This document shows positions 33,601 to 40,307 of a stretch of DNA of 64,000 bases, in pieces. The stretch's first letter is position 1. Each line of letters starts with the position of its first letter. The stretch is taken from NCBI GenBank assembly GCA_004764695.1, contig SMSO01000037.1:844747-908746 (forward strand), read 5' to 3'. Source of the DNA: Schizochytrium sp. TIO01. Lineage: Eukaryota > Protista > Bigyra: Labyrinthulomycetes. The notes beneath the pieces are model-generated. The model made no database searches and had not been told where the DNA came from. It saw only the letters and a list, made by a program, of their open reading frames with translations. Position numbers and translations under genes: made by a program.

Positions 33601-35898
33601 CTGACGCTGTGAATAAAGAATCGGTAAATTCGCAAATGGAAGCAGTTGTGCAACATCGATGTGCAGTAGTTTCATCTTAGTAAAATCAGCACAAACTTCT
33701 GCAAGAAGAGACCGGGCACGCTCGGCAAGGATACACGACCATATTCTTTCACTCAGGTCCTGCAGCTGATTGTCTGCATTACCAGCTGCATCTTTGGCAT
33801 TTGTTGCCTGACCTAGGGATGTTTGGTTTTCAGTTCTTGAAGGTACCGTATGAGCTGAAGCGTGTGGTTTTCCAGTGCTAGCACTAGATAATGCAAAATC
33901 TAAGGGAACATGAGAGGAGTTATTGGGACCAGTCACGGAGGAGTTGGCTGAAGCCGAGGAGACTTTGAAAGATACGCCATGTTCACCAAGGTTCTCATTT
34001 GTTTTCCAGAGCTGTTGACGGCTCCCTTTCGGATCACAAGCCCAGCGAACCAACGCGCGTGTCCAAATTCCAATATCGAAATCTGGTGAGAATTCAATAG
34101 AGTTGGAACCAAGGGCCACCCCAAGCAAAAACACCATGCTACACTGCACCGACGGATGAACACTCTGGTCTTCAACAAGCCACTTGTGCGGAATTTCTTT
34201 GGTGAGAATGGAGAGAGCGAGGTGCGAAAATTGAGCAGGGCTCGGGCGACTCATTCCAATAAAGTTGGCAATAAGTTGTGGAGTAACAATCGTGAGTTGT
34301 TTTTGCAGTTGTAATGCTGACTTAATCTGATTGTTACCCTTTGTCTCGTCAGGGTTCTCCGTGGGCTGATCTGTAAATGTTGATGCCTGTCCTGATGTTT
34401 GGGGTGTTAATTCAGATTCCCCAACAGTTTTGCGAACCGCCGATGAGTGAACTGACAGTTTATGCTGGAGGAATTTTTCCTCGAAGAGACTCTGAAGGTG
34501 GAAAAGTTGAGATAAAACAGCAAAACTATGCCTCTGCATAGCACCATGCAAAGAGGCTGTGGTTTCTGGGTCTTCAATTGTTGACGCGTTGGAATCGTCA
34601 TTCGTAGAACCTTCCTGTTGATATTGGTGCTGGACTCGCTTATACGATCGCACTTTAGCATTGGCATGAGCTGTAGCGGTTGTCTTTGGTAAGTTCTTTT
34701 CCAGCGCACCTGTGAACATGATCACCCATAGCACGCGGAAGACACTAGCTAGCCAATTCGGACCCTGTTGCTCACCTGCAGTGGCTTCGGCAAATCCACG
34801 ATGGGCAGCTTCAATTTGCTCAAGTTCTGCAGTGAGACCTTCCTCCCGAAGCAGGTAGGCCTCCGAAATTGAGGACTGAAATAAGCGCAGATACTCAACT
34901 TGTTGCCATGCACTAGATACATCTGTTTCAAGCTGAATCGTAAATTGCCTTAATACATTGTCGCACCAGATTATCAAGGCCACTTGTTGCTCCATATTCA
35001 GTCTGACAGGATTCCGAGAAGAATCAAATTCGGAGTTACCTGTTGATCTTTCCTCCGCACGTCCTCCCGCGCTGGTCCATGTTGCTGAACTGTCAAAGTT
35101 TCCCTGCTTTGGGTGAGCATTTTCTTCACTAATGGATGAAGGACTGTTAACTAAGGTAGGCAAAGGACCACAATCAAGCACTTCCGCCGGAATCTGAAGG
35201 CAGTCCATGTTAGCACATTGTTTTGGCCATCGCGAAGCTACTCCAGCATTGCCTGCCGGCTGCTGGCTTTGATTTCTAGTTTCATTTTGTTGTTGCTCGT
35301 GCTGGCGCTGGAATGACGCCTGGTCTGGAAGACTAAGTCCAGCAAGCAAGCGCGAAATGATCTCAAGGCGGCCCTCCGCTTCCTGGGGATCTTGAATAGA
35401 AAGCAGTTCATGCACGAGAAGGGTTTTGATTGAAGAAATCATATCAGGTACAAGGTTGACCTCCTGCTGGGAAGTAAGAGTTGTCGTCATTGCTCTGTGT
35501 GCCAGTAAAGTAAGTGCTAATAAAAGGTCCTCAGATACAAGATCCACGGTAGCAAGCCGCCTAGCGAGCTCCTTGATGAAGTTTGAGTTTGCTAACACCT
35601 CATGATTGGGCGAGCGATCAAGTTTTTTAAGAGCATCTAAGATCTCTATTTCAGTGGCAGGTCCATTTTGATCGGTTTGGGATAGAGACTCATCATTCAT
35701 CTCAGATGCATTGTCACTGGCAAGATTCTGTTTGACAGGCGTCTGTGTTTGTTGTTGCTGTTGTTGTTGTGTTTGACTTGCAAATGATGAGGCCAGCGAG
35801 AATGCAATGTTCTCGAGTTCATCTGCATGCTGCTCAGTCATGGTAGATTTTCTGTTCAGCTCCTGCTGTGACAGGAGTTTGCCTTTACCTTGAGGCAT
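27595..35898 (-). CDS. UBR4: UBR4/BIG E3 ligase, N-terminal portion (acidic tract, UBR-box, beta-propeller region)
   Basis: UBR-box LCTYSTTGESYQEQHWYHCITC...GCCTVCARTCHRGH...SRFFCDCG (~29600-29775), and a propeller region ending in the conserved LLVLYEDGSL motif. First ATG is at 35898. It overlaps the downstream ORF in the -1 frame, so both ORFs are almost certainly one gene. Confidence 0.88.
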   Translation of the reverse strand: MPQGKGKLLSQQELNRKSTMTEQHADELENIAFSLASSFASQTQQQQQQQTQTPVKQNLASDNASEMNDESLSQTDQNGPATEIEILDALKKLDRSPNHEVLANSNFIKELARRLATVDLVSEDLLLALTLLAHRAMTTTLTSQQEVNLVPDMISSIKTLLVHELLSIQDPQEAEGRLEIISRLLAGLSLPDQASFQRQHEQQQNETRNQSQQPAGNAGVASRWPKQCANMDCLQIPAEVLDCGPLPTLVNSPSSISEENAHPKQGNFDSSATWTSAGGRAEERSTGNSEFDSSRNPVRLNMEQQVALIIWCDNVLRQFTIQLETDVSSAWQQVEYLRLFQSSISEAYLLREEGLTAELEQIEAAHRGFAEATAGEQQGPNWLASVFRVLWVIMFTGALEKNLPKTTATAHANAKVRSYKRVQHQYQQEGSTNDDSNASTIEDPETTASLHGAMQRHSFAVLSQLFHLQSLFEEKFLQHKLSVHSSAVRKTVGESELTPQTSGQASTFTDQPTENPDETKGNNQIKSALQLQKQLTIVTPQLIANFIGMSRPSPAQFSHLALSILTKEIPHKWLVEDQSVHPSVQCSMVFLLGVALGSNSIEFSPDFDIGIWTRALVRWACDPKGSRQQLWKTNENLGEHGVSFKVSSASANSSVTGPNNSSHVPLDFALSSASTGKPHASAHTVPSRTENQTSLGQATNAKDAAGNADNQLQDLSERIWSCILAERARSLLAEVCADFTKMKLLHIDVAQLLPFANLPILYSQRQSLHQYGQGFTQTGGHINTSSETRQTRPLQNATTHTPFSEEDLMGNPLYLTVVRNHLSNTELQTLVAYLIGSLEDSHRYTHIYSEWKASLLEAIFESSKTRIESDGSRLVELLFVPLSRLAITTPVSSPPQPLRQAPTYGQIVRETAREVPRVVSELILLLEQTLKVAPEDDVANQAWLFSLAEGLICDILEPRLNLSSPHQGAEYLRAHQDRVHRLAMFVTEFKVQQMLPTLGTPLPVAKLHPLVVPVDVLERIAEQAAQTLMSQQKFLSRHQEIRQNAECVQLQHACLRILSSLSLTQCVNTDVLLDRFGSESDGEVTNLMLMAQSTCSSGAQDIFGSRGSLCQDTCASIESFIDIAATIPTNSILSTRELSIFSDFFVRLLASFLPHLPDDLFSRASNVVVHLLLFWQTKLENSISDSLRKDVENSVSGTSRNLFEVVLRLNVLQFSQRCALLSTIRGCDPDTLMVRLTLLREMDWASPFPPTIMTSRTECKTICSAFITDLTLRGLPIMESSFNSALCFTQLSLSNLIALVTSMDLQKVNTSERSALQEALGKIFTRGATEPILDAAFHALGIFHNVDEIRSNARWDDLALFISQAREFFADPESATLVAQGVCDLLNGMLDALSASLSQSKQAWHSLRGEVVLYQLLRLYPVLTSSLDALKRKLWNVVHAIANVLCERSYQVQQTRRALPMDLASVVLLDLLDESQSHFTVSLSNLVPLFNLESSMDVPLYATAFAQAALEVAPKFYEHVDLFKELITILIPAAPSVDVVRLCSSILRAVECGNFPSDSTQDLEKCVLLVNIALSGASESLALGARRAKSTSKSAYRDTPDKVVSSQQNDKRDFAAAATAEVGSSAAAGRPTPRRRGDRGSRRGPGISQWISQNSSLMQHIDDLRAARRGLPPRSGGGSRRDSPDPANVQLNSGVRSSRDRFISELLQQSMDTSDIDLNVEDLQQVQRHYGSGHTRVRRISPSLRDFYHRQYTRDDEDDDDDDDDDDDDDDDDDDDGDDGDEGLAAIIADARARAVERGELCVGEEEVEGEEEEDNEEDDNDNDNDNDNDEEAEGAEEVEEDEDEGECEDQDEDEDEDDEDPVEVLDIDEDHEIDDGDAIDSADNGQFKVLPEVNNDEKDQEMKDATESTSQTQGNKPSSSSHASSSSHSLEGQRSSTHKVSSERHSSSIMDTNVDAQALASAGDLLHYSRSGQHPQSPSFASQRVNLALNHAGSLRETPSERLSAVLARLRGRQEAARIFRDADRMAASSKRKKGKTVSRQLCTYSTTGESYQEQHWYHCITCNLVDDKGCCTVCARTCHRGHKIIYARRSRFFCDCGAGNSCSAHKPRAVSNDVGFVRADKAKAASSSRSPEGGTLGSQTTSRADSVVLRDMVDSCFKELMVDVDLSNYEDLVYVIRQSGFDVAIVGTLNWIHRKHKVMETSSSKFSGFFERRVSTTVDCFKIRRRFSDISSGLAAFSAAQRMPIGRGPNSAILAMTGRSATQGNNRVLPHDRLIAANSRGQVFVAEGVGIRCIHAGALLCSGSRDDSGRHYGITNQDGRTPSTNPSEIRVPDSALAPYRISLNYVVRQIEFNPFEDDVVAVCGESHCIVLKLSAGGNVESKIRLELALGLTQVELQTGIVGKILGVAWVPGYPEFLIIVSTLWMKVFDYAADCTYPALFFEFGDQIETFSLVPSSNDQRQVRVYVSTQSRVLKAQDFRLPERNQTSPSSEFEPADIECSWNRQAIVSMHVPPASLQASGAHTLTIVLQDGSVGYISIGAAGNVIANTPPVTLEGPSRTNPAVQWIDWFNTGTSYKASQNDGQWVSIGITRGGQASSSGVVVVTENPSSENSLLVHSVSDLVVNHTYTSAKDNEGSIGDGRTRHNVSPLESLRRRVLARDKNQNGSTEDKSRTKNIVDMCVWPPVWTKSSSYENFRFGQSASFFGSVPAVKNLLYAYGRDPEDRLLNDSCLPFIAAANPVLLVLYEDGSLAKCVPSLPQKIWRAK
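30300..30635 (-). repeat. Coding low-complexity Asp/Glu tract (GAT/GAC runs and an (AATGAT)n Asn-Asp repeat) within UBR4
   Basis: Visible (TCA)/(TCG) and (ATCATT) runs on the + strand encoding poly-D/E. Confidence 0.9.
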
Positions 35899-36501
35899 TT
35901 TGAGAGCCCCAAAATTTCGCCCCCCCCCCTGGACTGATCCTGAGTCGTTTGAAATCTGTACAGCTGCGTTGAGCTCTGGCAAACCTCTTCGATCAATTTC
36001 CCGAAAGGATCTTAATCCTCAAGTCAATGGGAGTCAAGTCAGTTTCTAAACCGAATCGTCACAAGCAACGCACGAGTAAGATCTCTTGAATCTTAGATCC
36101 TACAACTTCTCGCAGCACCGTTCTCGTCGAAGCGAGTCTTCACTTCGCTCTTTCTTTATTTTTTTCAAGATCTCGGGCTCCGAGTTCGTACCGGATCTTA
36201 TCACCAATTTGCGGGTTCCAGTTTTAGAAGTTGAATTCGAGTTTGCAGCAGTGTTTCCAAAGCCGCCTTTTGCCACCTTCCGAGGCACCTTCTCGCTCGC
36301 TCTTCGAGGAATCCCTTCGCTCTCAGACGCAATAGCAGGCGTGGTTTGGCCTTTCGCCGCCACCCTGTCCCGCGAACCGCCCTGTGCCGACCGCGGCCTC
36401 CGCGGAAAGCCCCTCGCGTTCGCGAATCGCACGCAGCGCTCTCGGAGCACTCGCGCGACTTCGACTTTTGCTTGCTTGCTTGCTTCAATCGCTTCAAATC
36501 G

Positions 36502-36502
<1 letters not shown>

Positions 36503-36536
<34 letters not shown>
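36503..36536. repeat. (TCAA)8 microsatellite
   Basis: Read directly from the sequence. Confidence 0.95.
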
Positions 36537-36537
<1 letters not shown>

Positions 36538-37182
36538 ATCATTCATTCTCCTTTCTCACCAAGGAAAAGAAGCCTACTTGGAAACAAGAACATGCTACAC
36601 TCCAGAAACATTATACTCTATAGTACAGGACCTGCCTTCAAGTAGGAATAAGAATAACCCACTGTACGAACACAGGTCTCAGCACAGAATAAACAGAATG
36701 TTACGAGAAAGAGAGAGTGGCTGAGGCTGCCTACGCCAAACACTAGCCCAGCTCCACGCCCTCCTTCCTTAAGATTGAGCGTCGTCATGCCTACGAAGAC
36801 ATAGCCACTCTTAGCACTTCGAAGAAGAAGGCACCGGGGAATGGGATTTCATGCAGAGAGCGAAACTAACTCCACGGAAACCCTCATGGTGTTTACAGTC
36901 GGCGGGTTTGCCACAGCGGCATCCCCAGCTGAGGCGTCTTGCCCCTTGAGGCTTCCAAAACTGCCTGTCCAAGACGACTATCTCTGGCGCCTCCACGAGT
37001 GGCCCTGACGAGCGAGCGAGCTTTCGCAATAGACCGCTCTGTAAAGACTGCGCTGTTGGGACCAACCGCCGCTACTCACTCTCAGTGGCATCCGTAGGGA
37101 CCGCAGGGTGGCCATGCGCGTAACACCTGATACACGAGGAGCTGAGCAGCAGTCCATCAATCCTTCGAACCCAATCTCCTGA

Positions 37183-37280
37183 CCTATAAGGTTTGCAAAA
37201 CCTGCGTTTCCCCAATCGCGGGATAGCTTTTAGCCCGCGACTCAAAGGCAGTTCTCAAACCATGTCCTTGGATGGATACT
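37183..37280 (-). ncRNA. Putative Fanzor omega-RNA scaffold at the element right end
   Basis: Lies directly 3' of the Fanzor relic. Contains stem TCGCGGG (37240-37234) / CCCGCGA (37222-37216) and hairpin AGGTTT-TGC-AAACCT (37203-37189) before the terminal GG. Expression is not shown and the 5' limit is unknown. Confidence 0.5.
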
Positions 37281-37727
37281 AGTAGGTGGCGCAAAAGCCT
37301 GGTTCTGGCGGCGTGGATGTCACAATCGCTTGCGTGTTTGCGTTTTTTGGGGGCACTTGAAAACCTTGGATGTTCCGAGCATGTCGTGGATGGTACTTGC
37401 AACATTCATTCACGGCATGGTTTTGAAGTGCAAGTCTCTCGGCGAGTAACCAGTTTACATACACCATTGCCAAAGGGGGAAGCTCGGCTCTGCGGATGAG
37501 CCCTTGGCGAAAGCCATTGAATGACAGACACATCATTCGAGCTGCCTTGGTTTTGATCCACCTTGTTGTGCTCATCCCTTGGCGAAAGCCAACGAATGAC
37601 AGACACATCATTCGAGCTGCCTTGGTTTTGATCCACCTTGTTGTTAACTTGTTGAGGTTTCAAATTTAGGCAAGAGGATAACACGCTCGTTTTCTCAGAG
37701 CCACAGTGCAAGCTTGCGGTGAGTCTC
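37280..37727 (-). pseudogene. Fanzor (Fanzor2/IS607 TnpB-like) RNA-guided nuclease relic, C-terminal RuvC and zinc-finger half
   Basis: Manual translation across stops and frameshifts gives ETHRKLALWL*ENERVILLPKFETS; WIKTKAARMMCLSFxGFRQGLIRRAE; CKLVTRRETCTSKPC; LGTSKVFKCP; DCDIHAARTRLLRHL. These are colinear with the Fanzor/TnpB pattern HxKxAxWLxENYxVILLPxFETS..TARxMxxLSHxxFRQRL..ExYTSKxC..LGxSKVFxCP..DRDxNAARNILL. Confidence 0.85.
37501..37644. repeat. 75-bp tandem duplication inside the Fanzor relic
   Basis: 37501-37569 is nearly identical to 37576-37644 (CCCTTGGCGAAAGCC...GATCCACCTTGTTGT), with few substitutions. Confidence 0.95.
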
Positions 37728-37728
37728 A

Positions 37729-38030
37729 GTAGTCCAGCAGGACGCGCAAGCCAGGCCTTTTGACATTGGTCACTCTACCGATGTCTCTGTAGATGGTAGA
37801 GGCGTCTGGATAGGCACGCTGGAGGTAACCAATCTGGTATTTGAGATCCTCTTTTTGGAGACTAAGGCGTAGATGATGATGGTAAGGTCAGTGCTGTGGT
37901 TCTCGCGGCCGCCGGAACACACCGTAGTAGCTATTGGTGCGCTCAACGTCGTCACTTGCGTATATGCGATTGTCTTCGAAGAAGCTCCCGAAGGAGGGGC
38001 ACTTGCTGAGACGCCAAACTTCTGGTTGAA
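37729..38030 (-). pseudogene. tnpA: IS607 TnpA serine recombinase relic (N-terminal part)
   Basis: Manual translation gives a MerR-like HTH remnant (KFGVSASA...IAYT) and IIIYALVS (37880-37857; decayed YARVS catalytic-Ser motif). After a frameshift it continues QKEDLKYQIGYLQRAYPDASTIYRDIGRVTNVKRPGLRVLLDY, matching the IS607 pattern QKxDLxxQ...YP....DIGSGxNxKRxGLxxLL. Confidence 0.85.
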
Positions 38031-38053
38031 GTAGTTTGATAATTTGATTTGAT

Positions 38054-38153
38054 TTGAAGGTTTGAAATCATTTGAAAACTTGAATTGAATGTATGAAGTA
38101 GTTTGATAGTTTGCATTGAATGTATGAAATAAATTGAATTGAAGGTATGAAAT
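38054..38153. repeat. Four ~15-bp direct repeats (TTGAAKGTWTGAART) at the putative IS607 left end
   Basis: Copies start at 38054, 38085, 38116 and 38139. Confidence 0.85.
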
Positions 38154-38657
38154 AATTCGATACACCAAAAAGCTTAAACTCTCTTTTTTATTCATTATTT
38201 TATTTTTATTTTTTACACTAAAAATTAAAATTAGAATAGTAACAAAGTCCAGAGTTAAAATTGAAGTTCAAGAGATTGCCTCTTTAATACTGAGTTCTTT
38301 TATTCTTTTACTATTTAATTAATAATAATAATAAAAGAATAAAAAAGAAGGTTATTAGGTATATTTTCTCAGAGATCTGTATGAGGGGATTACGAATCCT
38401 AGGGTATCCAGTAGGAATCTTTCATGCCTATACATAGCTAAACACATACATATATGCTGCCTTGTAAATGGTCTATCTCTAAATAGCCTCTTTCTTCAAA
38501 TTTCTGCCTGCTTTCTTTCGCAGCCTAGACTCGTTCAGATTCTCTATTGCTGGGCTGGGGTGAAGTTCCCCGCTAGGTTTTCGCGCGCCTGTCCTCTGTT
38601 TCGGTTTTACCCGTCTTCACGTGTCCGTCTGATTCCCATTGGAGTCCTGCATTCGCC

Positions 38658-39206
38658 ATGACGTCTCGACTTCGCCAACCACACATCGTGCGGGAGCTTC
38701 AAGACGGCAAGGTCTCTCCACAAGGCTCTCCGCAGCAGCTTGGGGGCGGTGGTGTTTCGCCTAACGCTCGTCTCACACCACTTCATGGTGGTCTCTCTCG
38801 CCCCGCCTCTATTCCCGAGAGTGGCGGCGGTCTCATCGCACAGCTTAGCGGCGGCGGTCGCCTCGCTCGTGGGTTCAAGTTTCTCACGTGGGGAATGGCT
38901 CTCACGACCGCCGGTGGCGTAGCTTTCATGAGCCAGCCTGACCATGCGCTCATTGGAACGGACAACTGCTTTAGTCGTGTGCACAAGTGGGCACTCGTGC
39001 GCCGTGACCGTTTCTTCGGCATCGAAACACCCGCCGAGATCCTCGCAAACCCTTCAGCCAATCTCGACGGTCCTCTGCCCACTGGGAAGGATAAGAGGTC
39101 TTACGAGGCCGCTGCAAGGGACTTTGAGATCGCACGGCTTAAAGCAATGCTTGCAAGAGAGGATGAAGCCGTTCAAGCGATAGCAGCACAGCGCCAAGAG
39201 CAATAA
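38658..39206 (+). CDS. Hypothetical protein with one predicted TM segment and C-terminal helical region
   Basis: 182-aa ATG-initiated ORF in GC-rich, coding-like sequence, with hydrophobic FLTWGMALTTAGGVAFM. Family not recognised. Confidence 0.7.
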   Translation: MTSRLRQPHIVRELQDGKVSPQGSPQQLGGGGVSPNARLTPLHGGLSRPASIPESGGGLIAQLSGGGRLARGFKFLTWGMALTTAGGVAFMSQPDHALIGTDNCFSRVHKWALVRRDRFFGIETPAEILANPSANLDGPLPTGKDKRSYEAAARDFEIARLKAMLAREDEAVQAIAAQRQEQ

Positions 39207-40307
39207 AATGATGCTTCTCTTTCGAGAGGTTTGTGACGACTCCTGAGTTAGTCGCTGGCGATCGACACCTTTTGCGGAGTTTAGCGGTCTCTTGGAGAAG
39301 ACATACTCTCTAAAATCTCTACGGAGTTCTTGCTTCGGGCGCTCTCAGAAAAGGTTTAAAACTTTACAAACTAGCTAGAAAACGGGGTTGAGTAGGATTG
39401 TAAACAGGGTTCGCACCGTAAGGAGCGAATATGTCTTGATTATTGTGGGGATTCACAATGCGACGTGCGTGCGCTAGTTTCTTCATACCATCATCTTGCA
39501 GCGACATAAGACAGGTCCGGTGTGTTTGAGGCTGGGAAATCCTGGGTTATTGCAGACCTGTTGCTGGCGAGGAAGAAAGCGGAAATTTGCTATTTAACCC
39601 ATCATAATCAAATAGAAGCCGAAAGGCCCTGGGCAATGATTATCAGCGAGATTTCGAAATAGAATTCCTGTGTGCGACTAAAGCTGAACGAATGAACACC
39701 CGAACTCAATATATTACGTACATGCTTACACTCACTTATACATTAACCTAAGGACTGACGAAGATGAGAATACCAAGATTATATTCTAAATTCTTCTTCG
39801 TCTTCCCTGTCTGTCTTGAGCTTTGCGGGCCTCGACTACGCTTTCTCAGAAAGGGAGCTATATGGTGAAAGAGGCGTCCCAAGGCCAAAAAAGTAAATAA
39901 AATCATATCGAATAGAAAAGATTAAGAACACAAATTGTTAGTTATCAGTCTGTCCATGTACCCTGACTACCTCGTATGTACGGGATAGTCTTACCTCTAT
40001 CCTTTTCGAGCAAATTGTTATAAAGTTTGATTCCACTGTTGCTGATGGTTCCTCGTATCTCAGACGTAGGAATGATATGCAAACCCTAGTGAATATCCAA
40101 TAATGGCCCAGAGGCCTGCGGGCGCCAAGGCAACGCAAGCTGGAAAAAAAGTAAACAAGTTTAGAAACGTACGAGAATGGACAAGATCATAAAAACAACG
40201 TCAATAAGATCCTCTTTGTTTAATTACGTGTTGCTACATTCTTCAAGGTGATAAACAATCTTTTTACGTAGCGCGATCGAAAAGGTCTCGTTTGCTGGGT
40301 GTAGTCA

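Larger units (their letters stand above)
37183..38166 (-). mobile_element. Degenerate, internally deleted IS607-family transposon carrying TnpA (serine recombinase) and Fanzor/TnpB relics
   Basis: On the minus strand, in order: GG at 38166-38165; four ~15-bp direct repeats; the TnpA relic; the Fanzor C-terminal relic; two hairpins; a right-end copy of the repeat core (CAAACCTT); TATAGG ending at 37183. Boundaries are inferred from the GG ends and the repeats. Confidence 0.8.

Noticed and set aside
36086-36724. 212-aa plus-strand ORF and overlapping minus-strand ORFs
   Set aside because: They run through the (TCAA)n microsatellite and most likely represent the UBR4 promoter or 5' UTR.
37501-38153. 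Repeats considered as a CRISPR-like array
   Set aside because: Only two 75-bp units and four short degenerate motifs, with no repeat-spacer structure. They are explained by the IS607 element.
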